Assembly (NCBI GenBank): GCA_963827685.1
Contig: CAWHBU010000003.1
Coordinates: 384,001 to 448,000 of the forward strand
DNA from: an uncultured delta proteobacterium
GTDB lineage: Bacteria; Desulfobacterota; BSN033; UBA1163
Reading direction: 5' to 3'
Length of the DNA stretch: 64,000 nt
The translations under genes were made by a program, and so were the position numbers. This document shows, in pieces, positions 42,884-53,794 of this stretch (positions within the stretch are counted from its first letter, which is position 1; every line of letters begins with the position of its first letter). The notes beneath the pieces are model-generated. The model was not told where the DNA came from, ran no database searches, and saw only the letters and a program-made list of their open reading frames with translations.

Positions 42884-44263
42884 ATGAGTATAATAAATCC
42901 CGACCCTCCCGATATGGATCAATCCAGATTGATGAATCGCCAGAAGCGGGCCGTGGTGAGAACCAGTCTATATGTAGGCATGCCCCTTTTGTGCGCCATG
43001 GCGATATACAATCTCATAAAAGGCAATCACTTCTCGTCAGTCTTGATCTGTGCAATGCTTCTGATCGTGATCCTTTTGGGCTTTGCGACCAGGAGGAGAA
43101 TCGGTGAGAAATTCGAGTATAAGATCTACTCAATTCTTTTTAGACTGTTTATTGCAGGAGTTGGTATTGCGCTTTTCTACCAGATTGGTTTCCAATCGAA
43201 TTTTAGTCGAATAGGATGGTGTTACCTCTTTCCCCTCCTGGTCTTCTTTGTAGTCCGCACAGGGGAGGGTATAATCTGGGTGTCCATTTTCTATGGGATT
43301 TTAGCATTCTTAATACTCAATTTTGATTTACAAAGGATCACGCTATTTCAACTTCAGGAATTGAGATATCGATTTTTAATTTCACTTTTTGTTGTGTGCA
43401 TCCTATCTCTCCTCTTGGAACATGGATTCCGCCACGCCCAGCAGAGATGGCTCAACCATCAGCGCAACCTTAAAGAATCCGAAAATCGCTATCGGCAAGC
43501 CTACGAACAACTGAACACTCAGATGCAGGAGCGGAAGCGGGCCGAGGAGGCACTGAAAGAGAAAACTGAGGAACTGGCCCGGTCAAATAGAGACTTAGAG
43601 CAATTTGCCTATGTGGCCTCCCACGACCTCCAGGAACCGTTGCGAATGGTGGCGAGTTATGTCCAGCTGCTGGCCAGGCGATACAAGGGCAAGCTCGACT
43701 CCGATGCCGACGAGTTCATCGGCTTTGCTGGGGACGGAGCCGTTCGCATGTGGAAGCTGATCAATGCCCTGCTGGCTTACTCCCGGGTTGGGACTTGGGG
43801 TAAGGAACTCGAGCCCACCGACTGCGAGACAGTCCTCAACCAATCTCTCAATAACCTGAAGCTGACGATTGAGGAAAACGGGGCCCTCGTGACCCATGAC
43901 CCCCTTCCAACGGTGATGGCCGATAACCCGCAACTGGTCCAGTTGTTTCAAAACCTGATCGGAAACGCAATCAAGTTTCGGGGAGCCGAACCGCCTCGCG
44001 TTCACGTCTCGGCCAGCCGAAACGGCAACGGGTGGACCTTTTCCGTACGCGATAATGGGATTGGCATTGCCCCGGAGTATGCCAAGCGCATTTTCATCAT
44101 CTTTCAGCGGCTTCACAGCAGGGAGAAGTTTGGTGGCACCGGCGTCGGTCTGGCGATATGCCAAAAGATTGTGGAGCGACACGGAGGACGCATCTGGGTC
44201 GAGTCAGAGGTTGGAAAAGGCGCGACCTTTTCCTTCACCCTTCCGAGGGGAGGACAGCCATAA
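42884..44263 (+). CDS. Membrane sensor histidine kinase (Cph1/BphP-like HisKA-HATPase)
   Basis: About 5 TM helices, FAYVASHDLQEPLR, QNLIGNAIKF, DNGIGI, GTGVGLA. Confidence 0.92.
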   Translation: MSIINPDPPDMDQSRLMNRQKRAVVRTSLYVGMPLLCAMAIYNLIKGNHFSSVLICAMLLIVILLGFATRRRIGEKFEYKIYSILFRLFIAGVGIALFYQIGFQSNFSRIGWCYLFPLLVFFVVRTGEGIIWVSIFYGILAFLILNFDLQRITLFQLQELRYRFLISLFVVCILSLLLEHGFRHAQQRWLNHQRNLKESENRYRQAYEQLNTQMQERKRAEEALKEKTEELARSNRDLEQFAYVASHDLQEPLRMVASYVQLLARRYKGKLDSDADEFIGFAGDGAVRMWKLINALLAYSRVGTWGKELEPTDCETVLNQSLNNLKLTIEENGALVTHDPLPTVMADNPQLVQLFQNLIGNAIKFRGAEPPRVHVSASRNGNGWTFSVRDNGIGIAPEYAKRIFIIFQRLHSREKFGGTGVGLAICQKIVERHGGRIWVESEVGKGATFSFTLPRGGQP

Positions 44264-44449
44264 ACACGAATGCGGACACTCGCGCTGTCTGTTGTCGCGT
44301 GTTGGATGAGAGCGTGTGAACGATATCTGGAATTCCTTTTAGAGGAATGGACCAGCAGGAAAAGTTTGCGAAGTTTTGGACAGAGAATTTGAACCCACTA
44401 TTTCAAATGATTTGATTTCGTTTTCAGTTTTTTATTGGGATAGAGGCCT

Positions 44450-47032
44450 ATGCGTAACAGTCGGATTTCTCAGAGGTTAGACATTGGGCATTTTCTTCGA
44501 TACTTAGCGCCCCTTCCAGACGTCTCTCCAAATCGTCCTCCCGATCCTGAGCAGATTCGCCCAAGAAACATCCTTCGTTTCATCTCCATCACTGCAATCA
44601 TGTGCCTCATTCCTCTCGGCCTACTTGCTTTAGTAGAGAAAAATATACCCGTGGGAATAGCGGACCTATTTTTGGCAGTTATCCTCATCGCAAACATTCT
44701 TCACGGGCGACGATACAGGCAGTACACCTTTAACATCTACTTAGGTGTTTCCTTAGCAGCCATGCTTTTTGTTTACATGTTCCTTACCGGTGCGATGAGC
44801 AGGAGTGGATTTGTCTGGTATTATACTTTCCCTATAATAGCATGTTTCCTCCTTGGGTCTAAGAAAGGGGCGATAGCCACTTTCTTGATATTCCTACCCG
44901 TGGTCGTCCTTTTTCTGGTCAAAACCCCTCCCTCCATCTTCGCTGACTATGGCCTCGATTTCAAGTTAAGATTCATCTCTTCCTTTTCTGTGGTTTTTGC
45001 CTTTTCCTACTTATTCGAATACTCACGGGAGAAGAATCGTGAAGAACTTCAGAGAACACATGATGATCTGCAAATGCGATTTGACGAGCGGACCTCGGCC
45101 TTACATGCCTTGGAAGAAGCGATTCAGTCATTGCAAAAGGAAATGAGCGAGCGCCGTCGGGCAGAGGAGGCCCTGCGCCAGAGTGAGGAGAAATATCGAA
45201 CCATTTTCGAAAACATCGAGGATGGATATTACGAAGTAGACCTTGCCGGCAAGTTTACCTTTTTTAACGATTCGATGTGCCGAATCTATGGATATCCAAG
45301 AGAAGAATTCATGGGCATTAGTTACCGGCAGTATACAGATCAAGAGACCGCAAAGGAAGTATTTCAAGCATATAATAGAGTTTACAGGACTGGAGAACCC
45401 GGCAGAGGGTTTGATCATGATATTATCAGGAAAGATGGAACGAAGGGACACATTGAGGCATCCATATCGTTACTAAAAGATTCATCCAGCAAACCCATAG
45501 GGTTTAGAGGGATTATCCGGGACGTCACTGAGCGCAAGCGGACGGAAGAAGCATTGCGAGAATCTGAGAATAAGTTCAGGGATTTAGCAGAAAAGTCGCT
45601 GGTTGGCGTTTACCTTATACAGGATGGTGTCTTCAAGTACGTCAATGCAAGGTTAGCTGAAATAAACGGTTATGCGGCTGAGGAACTGATCGATAAAAAG
45701 GGGCCAAAAGATTTTATTTTCCCGGAAGACTGGCCTACGGTAGAAGAAAACATCGGAAAACGATTATCCGGTGAGATTGAATCCCTCCATTCTGAATTCA
45801 GAGCAATTACAAAAGATAACAGAATTATCAACGTTGAGGTCTATGGCTCTCGCACTATGTATCGGGGAAGGCCCGCGGTCGTAGGGACACTGTTAGACAT
45901 TACCGACCGCAAGCTAGCAGAAGAGAAGCTTCGGGAAAGTGAGGAGAAATATCGAACCATTCTTGAAAACATCGAAGATGGATATTACGAAGCAGACCTT
46001 GCCGGTAATTTTACCTTTTTCAACGATTCAATGTGCCGAATATCGAGGACCCCAAGAGAGGAATTGATGGGCATGAATAACCGGCAGTATACAGATAAAG
46101 AGAACGCAAGGAAAGTGTTTCAAATTTTTAATAAAGTCTACAGAACAGGGGAACCCGATAGAGAATTGGATTGGGAAATTATAAGAAAAGATGGGACCAA
46201 AGGATACGTTGAGGCGTCTGTATCGTTGCAAAAAGATTCCTCAGGTAAGCCGATAGGGTTTAGAGGGATCGCACGGGACGTCACCGAACGGAAGCGGGCA
46301 GAGGAGGCCCTGAGAGAGAAAACTGAGGAACTGGCCCGGTCAAATAAAGACTTGGAGCAATTTGCCTATGTGGCCTCCCACGACCTCCAGGAGCCGCTGC
46401 GCATGGTGACGAGTTATATCCGGTTGCTTGCCAGACGATACAAAGGTAAGCTCGACTCCGATGCCGACGAGTTCATTAGCTTTGCCGTGGACGGGGCCAT
46501 TCGCATGTGGAAGCTGATCAATGACCTGCTGACCTACTCCCGGGTAGGGATGCCGGGCCAGGAACTCGAGCCCACCGACTGCGAGACGGTCCTCAACCAA
46601 TCCCTCAACAATCTGAAGGTAGCCATTGAGGAAAACGGGGCCGTCGTAACCCATGACCCCCTTCCGACGGTTATGGGCGACAACCCGCAGTTGGTACAGT
46701 TGTTTCAAAACCTGATCGGAAACGCAATCAAGTTCCGGGGGAACGAACCGCCCCATGTTCACGTCTCGGCCAGCCGAAATGGCAACGGGTGGATCTTCTC
46801 CGTACGCGACAACGGGATTGGCATCGCTCCGGAGTATACCGAGCGTATTTTCAACCTCTTTCAGCGGCTTCACAGCCGAGAGGAATATCCCGGCACCGGT
46901 ATCGGTCTGGCGGTATGCCAAAAGATAGTGGAAGAACACAGAGGACGCATCTGGGTAGAGTCAGAGGTTGGAAAGGGAGCCACCTTTTACTTCATCCTTC
47001 CGGCAAGTAGGGCGGAGCCGCTTTCTTCATAA
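44450..47032 (+). CDS. Membrane sensor histidine kinase with three PAS/PAC domains
   Basis: TM N-terminus, 3 PAS-PAC repeats, SHDLQEPLR, GTGIGLA. Confidence 0.93.
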   Translation: MRNSRISQRLDIGHFLRYLAPLPDVSPNRPPDPEQIRPRNILRFISITAIMCLIPLGLLALVEKNIPVGIADLFLAVILIANILHGRRYRQYTFNIYLGVSLAAMLFVYMFLTGAMSRSGFVWYYTFPIIACFLLGSKKGAIATFLIFLPVVVLFLVKTPPSIFADYGLDFKLRFISSFSVVFAFSYLFEYSREKNREELQRTHDDLQMRFDERTSALHALEEAIQSLQKEMSERRRAEEALRQSEEKYRTIFENIEDGYYEVDLAGKFTFFNDSMCRIYGYPREEFMGISYRQYTDQETAKEVFQAYNRVYRTGEPGRGFDHDIIRKDGTKGHIEASISLLKDSSSKPIGFRGIIRDVTERKRTEEALRESENKFRDLAEKSLVGVYLIQDGVFKYVNARLAEINGYAAEELIDKKGPKDFIFPEDWPTVEENIGKRLSGEIESLHSEFRAITKDNRIINVEVYGSRTMYRGRPAVVGTLLDITDRKLAEEKLRESEEKYRTILENIEDGYYEADLAGNFTFFNDSMCRISRTPREELMGMNNRQYTDKENARKVFQIFNKVYRTGEPDRELDWEIIRKDGTKGYVEASVSLQKDSSGKPIGFRGIARDVTERKRAEEALREKTEELARSNKDLEQFAYVASHDLQEPLRMVTSYIRLLARRYKGKLDSDADEFISFAVDGAIRMWKLINDLLTYSRVGMPGQELEPTDCETVLNQSLNNLKVAIEENGAVVTHDPLPTVMGDNPQLVQLFQNLIGNAIKFRGNEPPHVHVSASRNGNGWIFSVRDNGIGIAPEYTERIFNLFQRLHSREEYPGTGIGLAVCQKIVEEHRGRIWVESEVGKGATFYFILPASRAEPLSS

Positions 47033-47191
47033 TCATTCATGGAGGAGGTGTCACCCTAACACCGTGATAATTTTTGCCTGAAGGTGAGGTACAACAAAAC
47101 CGAATTTGTGAGGACCCGTGGAACGGACACGCTATTTTCTCTGTAATGTTTCAAGGGGTCAGGGTTTAAATGAATGGATAGGGGAGAAAGA

Positions 47192-47653
47192 ATGGAACTG
47201 GAGAGAAGATGTCAACCTGTGGAGATTTTATTGGTGGAGGACAATCCGGGTGACGTTCGCCTTACCCTGGAGGCCTTCAGGGAAGGAAAGATACACAACC
47301 ATCTGAGTGTGGTCAGTGACGGGGTCGAAGCCCTGGCCTTCCTGCACAGGGAAGGGCGTTATATCAATGTCCCTCGGCCGGACCTCATTTTACTCGATCT
47401 TAACCTGCCCAAAAAGGATGGCCGCGAGGTCCTTGCCGAGATCAAAAGGGAGGAATATCTGAAGCGAATTCCTATCGTGGTGCTGACCACCTCGAATGCG
47501 GAGAAGGATATCTTGGAAACCTATGGCCTCCGTGCGAGCTGCTACATCACCAAGCCAGTGGACTTCGTGCAGTTCGTCACCGTCGTCAAATTAATAGAGG
47601 ATTTCTGGTTCAGCATCGTTAAGCTGCCAAAGAGTGGAGACGCCGATGTCTGA
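47192..47653 (+). CDS. Single-domain response regulator (Rcp1-like)
   Basis: [35 protein letters not shown]. Confidence 0.92.
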   Translation: MELERRCQPVEILLVEDNPGDVRLTLEAFREGKIHNHLSVVSDGVEALAFLHREGRYINVPRPDLILLDLNLPKKDGREVLAEIKREEYLKRIPIVVLTTSNAEKDILETYGLRASCYITKPVDFVQFVTVVKLIEDFWFSIVKLPKSGDADV

Positions 47654-49907
47654 TTTTGAAAGCACAGGAGAGAAACCGTCAGATGTCCTTTATCACCAGC
47701 CTGAGATCATCCAGGTGCTGCTGATCGAGGATAACCCTGGAGATACTCGTTTGGTGAAAGAGATGCTGGTCGATGCAGGGGCCAGCAAGTTCAGCCTAAC
47801 CCATGTGGGGCTCCTCAGCGAAGGTCTGTCCCTCCTCAGGAATGAAAGTCATCACGTCATCCTGCTCGACCTGTCACTGCCGGATGGACATGGCCTCGAT
47901 ACCGTCAGACAGGTGTGTGCCGTGGCTCCTCATTTGCCCGTTGTCATCTTAACCGGTCTCGACGATGAAACGATTGCCATCCGAGCTGTCCAGGAAGGAG
48001 CAGAGGACTATCTGGTCAAGGGTCAGATGGACGGCAATCTGCTGGCACGGGCCGTCCGGCACGCGATTGAACGGAAGCGAGCAGAAGAGGCCCTGCGGGA
48101 AAGTGAGGAGAGATACCGAACCATTCTCGAAAACGTCGAAGATGGTTACTACGAAGTCGACCTTGCCGGCAACTTAACTTTTTTCAACGATTCAATGTGC
48201 CGAATATCGGGGATCCCAAGAGAGGAATTGATGGGCATGAATAACCGGCAGTATTCAGATCAAGAGAACGCAGAAAAAGTGTTTCAAGCTTTCAATGAAG
48301 TCTACAGAACAGGGGAACCCCGTAGAGAATGTGATTGGGAGATTATAAGAAGAAATGGGAGCAAAGGATGTGTGGAGGCATCTATATTATTACGAAAAGA
48401 CGCATCCGGTAAACCGATCGGGTTTAGAGGGATTGTACGGGACATCACCGAGCGCAAGCGGACAGAAGAACTACTGCGGGAGAGTGAGGAGAAATTCCGC
48501 CAGCTGGCAGAGAACATCCGTGAGGTTTTCTATATATCCGAACAGGAGTACATCCGATACGTCAGCCCCGCTTATATGGAAATTTGGGGGCGACCACCTC
48601 AAAATCTCTACGAAGAGCCAAAATCCATTTTGGATACTGTCCACCCAGAGGATAGAGATCGTGTGAAGAGATCTTTAGAGAAGAAAAGCCAAGGAGAGGC
48701 TGAGGAGGTTTACCGTATTGTGCGTCCGGATGGATCCATCCGCTGGATCAAAGACCGCTCCTTTCCGATTTATGATGATTCGGGGGAGACGCTCCGTGTG
48801 GTCGGCATTGCAGCAGATATCACGGACCTTAAACTGGGGGAAGAAAAATTGAAATATCTGAGTTTACATGATTCTCTTACCGGACTCTATAACCGCATCT
48901 ACTTCGAGGAGGAGATGAGCCGGATAGAAAGAGGCCGATATAATGCGGTAGGAATCCTATCGTGTGATGTGGATGGGCTCAAGCTTGTCAATGATACCTT
49001 GGGACACGATCAAGGGGATAGCCTGCTGGTAGCCGCTGCCAGGGTGATCAAGGAATGCTTCCGTGAGGGAGATTTGGTGGCCAGGATTGGCGGGGATGAA
49101 TTTTCTATCGTACTTCCGGACACGACGGAACCTGCCGTTGAAAACGCCTGTCAGAGGATTCAGGAGGCGGTCACAAGCTACAACGCCACCAACCCGGAAC
49201 TTCCCTTGAGTATCTCTGTTGGATTCGCCGTCAGCGATGGAGCTGATAGAAACCTAAAAGACCTTTTTAAAGAAGCGGATAATTGCATGTACCGGAAAAA
49301 GCTTTATCGTTCACAGAGCGTCCGCAGCACCATTGTCAACACTCTGATCAGTACACTGCAAGCAAGGGATCTTTCTATCGAGCAACATATTATTCGTGTG
49401 GAAAAGTTATTAGTCAGCGTGGCTGCCTTCATCGGACTACCGGAGTCCACGAGGTCTGACTTATCCCTCTTAGCGAAATTTCATGACATCGGCAAAGTGG
49501 GGGTCTCTGACTCGATCCTCTTCAAGGAAGGCCCCCTCACTCCCGAGGAGTGGACGGAGATGAAGCGACATTGTGAGATTGGTTATCGTATTGCCCTCTC
49601 GGCCCCCGAGCTCATACCGATTGCTGATTGGATCCTCAAACACCATGAGTGGTGGAATGGTCAGGGCTATCCTCTCGGCATCGAAGGAGAAGAAATCCCC
49701 GTAGAGTGCCGTTTGTTGGCCATTGCTGACGCTTATGAAGCGCTCACCAGTGTTCGTCCTTATGGAAGGATATTTTCCCATGGGGAGGCTGTGGCTGAAC
49801 TCTTGAGTCATTCTGGAACACAGTTTGACCCGAAGCTTTTGGAAAAGTTTGTGCAGATGTTAGAACCACAGTCCCTTGAGCCAGAGTTTCACCCACCCGC
49901 AATTTGA
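47646..49907 (+). CDS. REC-PAS-PAS-GGDEF-HD-GYP c-di-GMP turnover protein
   Basis: REC (LLDLSLPD), two PAS, RxxD I-site + [23 protein letters not shown]. Confidence 0.92.
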   Translation: MSDFESTGEKPSDVLYHQPEIIQVLLIEDNPGDTRLVKEMLVDAGASKFSLTHVGLLSEGLSLLRNESHHVILLDLSLPDGHGLDTVRQVCAVAPHLPVVILTGLDDETIAIRAVQEGAEDYLVKGQMDGNLLARAVRHAIERKRAEEALRESEERYRTILENVEDGYYEVDLAGNLTFFNDSMCRISGIPREELMGMNNRQYSDQENAEKVFQAFNEVYRTGEPRRECDWEIIRRNGSKGCVEASILLRKDASGKPIGFRGIVRDITERKRTEELLRESEEKFRQLAENIREVFYISEQEYIRYVSPAYMEIWGRPPQNLYEEPKSILDTVHPEDRDRVKRSLEKKSQGEAEEVYRIVRPDGSIRWIKDRSFPIYDDSGETLRVVGIAADITDLKLGEEKLKYLSLHDSLTGLYNRIYFEEEMSRIERGRYNAVGILSCDVDGLKLVNDTLGHDQGDSLLVAAARVIKECFREGDLVARIGGDEFSIVLPDTTEPAVENACQRIQEAVTSYNATNPELPLSISVGFAVSDGADRNLKDLFKEADNCMYRKKLYRSQSVRSTIVNTLISTLQARDLSIEQHIIRVEKLLVSVAAFIGLPESTRSDLSLLAKFHDIGKVGVSDSILFKEGPLTPEEWTEMKRHCEIGYRIALSAPELIPIADWILKHHEWWNGQGYPLGIEGEEIPVECRLLAIADAYEALTSVRPYGRIFSHGEAVAELLSHSGTQFDPKLLEKFVQMLEPQSLEPEFHPPAI

Positions 49908-49933
49908 AAATGAGAATGGGAGTAAACCAAGAA

Positions 49934-50089
49934 GTGAAGCTCCCCGGCCACAGCCCGGGACTTCCCGGGCACGCAGTGGCGAGAGGGATGCGAGCAAAGG
50001 AAATATCGTTTTAATTGTGCCCCTTCCTACCTGCCGGTAGGCAGGGACCCCACCTACAAGGCGGGGCTTGCGGGGGGCACTTGCCGGCC
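49934..50089. repeat. Structured dispersed repeat copy 2, carrying a 20-bp palindromic insertion
   Basis: Colinear with 20948-21081 plus CCTACCTGCCGGTAGGCAGG at 50026-50045. Confidence 0.75.
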
Positions 50090-50285
50090 AGCCCTCTGCT
50101 CCCGTACGCGCCACATCGCCCAGGCCAAAAGACACACAAGTGTGAGAGAAAAAGGACACCTCTAATTCCTTCGACAACTCAGAAATCAAAAGAAAGAATC
50201 AAAAAGAATCTGTCAATATCCCAATTTCTCAAGCCCGCCGTTGCCAAACGGCCCGCAATTCTTTGTCCGAGAGATCTGGAAGGAA

Positions 50286-50933
50286 TCATATCTTGGCAGA
50301 CAGGAGCTTCGTCAGATTAATTTTCCACATCCCTTTTTCAAAGGACATCCGATAGGTCTCTGTACGAAATTTCGTCTCTCCTCCTTGGGTGGGTTTGAAG
50401 CCTATTTTTACCGCGGCATAGGCGAGGGTGGCGCTTTTCACATCGACTTGGATGTCCCGGATCGTCTCCCATGAAGAGGCTAATCCTATTCCTTTCTTTT
50501 TCATCCGGCGCCCAAAATCTTCCCTATTCACGGCTCTTCGGCTTTTTTGATCTCCATAGTCATACAGAACATCGTATTTCCCGTCTTTCCACAGGGAAAG
50601 GATCGTTTTAACCGAATCGATCACATCGCCTTCGATCCTGTCTCTATTGATTCTTTCCTTTTCTTTCACTGCAAGCCGGCCCTTTGCCCCTTTGCCATCT
50701 TGCTCCCTGGCCTTCACTTTCTCTTCCGGTTGTTTGGCTTCTTCCGGCACGGATCTCTTTTCAAGTCGGCCTCTGTACTCTTCGGGGACGCCTGATTCAT
50801 CTTCTGAAAAATGAACTGTCCCTTTCTCATCAACCCACTTGTAGACCTCCTTCGCCTGAGAGGGGCAAACGACAGGAAACAAAATCAGGGCTCCTATAAG
50901 GACCCAAGCTCTCATCACCTTTTTCATCATCAT
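50286..50933 (-). CDS. Exported DUF4124-domain protein
   Basis: Signal peptide then EVYKWVDEKGTVHFSED..VPEEYR. Confidence 0.8.
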   Translation of the reverse strand: MMMKKVMRAWVLIGALILFPVVCPSQAKEVYKWVDEKGTVHFSEDESGVPEEYRGRLEKRSVPEEAKQPEEKVKAREQDGKGAKGRLAVKEKERINRDRIEGDVIDSVKTILSLWKDGKYDVLYDYGDQKSRRAVNREDFGRRMKKKGIGLASSWETIRDIQVDVKSATLAYAAVKIGFKPTQGGETKFRTETYRMSFEKGMWKINLTKLLSAKI

Positions 50934-51576
50934 GACCGATCCCCCCAGAAGGAATTCAATTCTCCGCCCTTTCTTGAATATCATATAAGGGCGAAGATGA
51001 ACAGCCCCTTGATAAGCATCATTTTCTTCGCGATGAGCTCTCACGCCGAAGATGGGCCGGCTGAGAAAGTATTAGATATGAAGAGATGAGCCTCCAGGCC
51101 ATTCCAAAGGAAAATCTCATTGAACCGGCGCTACTGCAAAAATTACGGCGCTCCAGAAAGAATGAGAGGTGATCTGGATCAGTAGATCTCTTTTCCAGAG
51201 ATACAGGATGAGGCCCCGGGGTCAAACTTGTTTATTGCTTCTATGGCAGCCACATGATAGTTCCCCGTAAACAAACCGAATATACATCAGCGAAAAGCAA
51301 ACTGCAAATAGATGATTTTTCAGTCCGTATGTTTATAATTTTATGGCCACTGCCTTTCCGGTTAAAGCTGCAACTCGAAATGTGAAAACGGGAAGAGAAT
51401 TGTAGAATAGGGGACATCGCTTTGTTTCACGAGCAGTGACAATTTTAAAACCTTGACACACAACCCGTCTTTTTCTTATACATAAAAGCGAGCCCTTATC
51501 CTTTAATTATCCCGCATAGGGTGGAGCGGGGTAACACAAGATAAATATTTTTGTGCACGCCACGAGGATGTGATCT

Positions 51577-52227
51577 ATGATTGATCTGCACACCCACTCC
51601 CTGTTTAGCGATGGAGAACTCATTCCCGCTGAGTTGGTCCGGAGGTTCGAGGTGGCAGGCTATAGAACCCTCGCTATCACCGACCATGGCGACCAGTCAA
51701 ATATCGACCTGATCATTCCCCGACTCGTGGCCTTTTGTGAGGAGGTCAACCGTCTGCAAGGGATTTGTCTTATTCCGGGGATCGAACTGACCCATCTGCG
51801 GCCTGAGACCATACCGGCCTTGGTCAGCAGGAGCAGGAAGTTAGGGGCGAGATTGGTGGTGGTTCACGGAGAGACTATTGTCGAGCCGGTAGCACCAGGG
51901 ACCAACAGAATGGCCATCGAGTCCTCTGCGGATATCCTGGCCCATCCAGGGCTGATCACAGAAGAGGAGGTCTTATTGGCCAAGGAACACTCTGTATACT
52001 TGGAGTTGACCTCGCGCAAAGGCCACTCGTTGACCAACGGTCATGTGGCCAAGCTGGCGCACAGGATGGGAGCCCCTATGATATTGAACAGCGACACCCA
52101 TGCCCCTGGCGATATCTGGCCAGTGGGTCGCCTGCATGAGATCGTCGTGGGGGCCGGTTTGACGGAGGACGACTACCACATCATGCTCAAAAATGCCGAA
52201 TCCATTGCAAACCGATGCCTGACCTAA
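51577..52227 (+). CDS. PHP-family phosphoesterase
   Basis: DLHTHSLFSDG, ITDH, VVVHGET, LAHPG, NSDTH. Confidence 0.88.
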   Translation: MIDLHTHSLFSDGELIPAELVRRFEVAGYRTLAITDHGDQSNIDLIIPRLVAFCEEVNRLQGICLIPGIELTHLRPETIPALVSRSRKLGARLVVVHGETIVEPVAPGTNRMAIESSADILAHPGLITEEEVLLAKEHSVYLELTSRKGHSLTNGHVAKLAHRMGAPMILNSDTHAPGDIWPVGRLHEIVVGAGLTEDDYHIMLKNAESIANRCLT

Positions 52228-52437
52228 ATGATATTCCAGACTGTAAAGACGGGTAGAAAATTATTTCCAGCAGAATTCTCGGAAGTATTGAGGGCTAAGA
52301 TTTAAGATTTTTTATCGCAGCCAGGTAATATTGGCCATTTCTCTAAGAAACAGTTCACATATTTTTATTGAATAAAAATATCGTCTAATTTGTTATTTCC
52401 TCAAAAATAGTAAATCAACGCCAAGTTGTTTCAGAGC

Positions 52438-53376
52438 CTACGTCCCCTTGATTTGTCTCGGGCGCTGTTTATATGGAGAAAAAGTTTCTGGGACAGGATT
52501 AAACGAGACCACGGCAATATTTTTATCGATGGGTATATATTCACTGATATAATGTTTCGCATGATAAATGGTTATCAATTTCTCAAAAAACAGAAGGACG
52601 GCGACAAAGAGAACTGACCCCCACGATTCAATTCTTCCTAATGCTCCAACCACATTGGACAAAAGAAGTATTAAGAGTAATCCTTCTGTGATAGCGTCCA
52701 TGATTCCTACGACGGGGTGCCCTGTATAAAAGTAGCCGCCGCCCGGGAACAATAGTGATAGTCTATTGGCGTCCTTCATATTTTTGAATTCAAGATGACA
52801 ATTTGGGCAGGAAAATATATCTTTTACAAGTGGGGTGACGCACCTTGGACACAGAAAATGTCTTTCCCCTACATTGGATGGCTGGTTTTTAATAAATAGA
52901 TGCTCTAACGTTCTAAGCTTTTTGAATTCTCTTGATTTGATGTAATAAAATTTTTCTTTCTTCCCGCTTTTATATTCTATCTTTAGCACCCGACCCAAAA
53001 ACCCACTCAGTTTAAATTCTTCGATATCCCCGTATCGAATTTGGGAAACCGAGTGTTTGGGCTTGAAATCGTGTTTCGTCGGGAAGTGCAAGATCCTCTT
53101 GTTCGTAAAAATAAGAACACATCGTTTCAAATAGTAAATAACCCAGCCTGTTGTCCATTGTTCGAGAAATGACATCGGAGAAGTTGCCTCTACCCCAAGC
53201 CAGATTTCTTCACCTGGCTCTAATAACGGCTTCAGAAAGGGGACAAATTTCGTAAGAATTTTCGCCTGATTCTCCATGATTTTTTCTTTAAATTCTTCTT
53301 TATGGTTTGAAAAACATATTTCCCTATTGATAGGCAAATCTAAACTATCAGGTTTCGGCATGTAATTGATCTTCAT
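52438..53376 (-). CDS. Hypothetical membrane protein (PH-like N-terminus, Zn ribbon, C-terminal TM helices)
   Basis: LIFTNKRIL, CPRC...CPNC, SLLFPGGGYFY then hydrophobic helices. Confidence 0.75.
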   Translation of the reverse strand: MKINYMPKPDSLDLPINREICFSNHKEEFKEKIMENQAKILTKFVPFLKPLLEPGEEIWLGVEATSPMSFLEQWTTGWVIYYLKRCVLIFTNKRILHFPTKHDFKPKHSVSQIRYGDIEEFKLSGFLGRVLKIEYKSGKKEKFYYIKSREFKKLRTLEHLFIKNQPSNVGERHFLCPRCVTPLVKDIFSCPNCHLEFKNMKDANRLSLLFPGGGYFYTGHPVVGIMDAITEGLLLILLLSNVVGALGRIESWGSVLFVAVLLFFEKLITIYHAKHYISEYIPIDKNIAVVSFNPVPETFSPYKQRPRQIKGT

Positions 53377-53460
53377 CTCTTCTCCTTTCCTCTGTTTCGT
53401 ATCTTACCCTACTCCAACCACGCGTTTTCATAGTCAAAAAGATCCCAGATTACATAATAT

Positions 53461-53526
53461 AAGCAAATTCCTTGCCCAACAGTTAATATTTTCAAAAATT
53501 TTTAACTTGTTGAAATCAAAAACTTA
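53461..53526 (-). promoter_or_regulatory. Probable sigma-54 promoter plus IHF site for the 52438-53376 gene
   Basis: Minus strand TGGGCAAGGAATTTGCTT (GG-N10-GC); AATCAAAAACTTA at 53514-53526. Confidence 0.55.
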
Positions 53527-53794
53527 TTTTAATCTTTTTAGGTTGCTAATAACTCATCCCCGGAAAGAACCCACACATTCTTTAACCAGTTGACCATTTT
53601 TGTAAGCAATACCTACTAAATTTGGTTAGTTAGACGAATAGGACGGCTGGAATTATACGGGGATTTGAGATAACTTGAAGACTTCAGGTAACTCGCTTTC
53701 TGCTCTTCGCAATAACATTTCTTTCATTTCTATTTTGGGAAGAGAGGAGGTTGACAGTCCTATACTAATTTGATTTAATTAAGACGGAGCTCAT

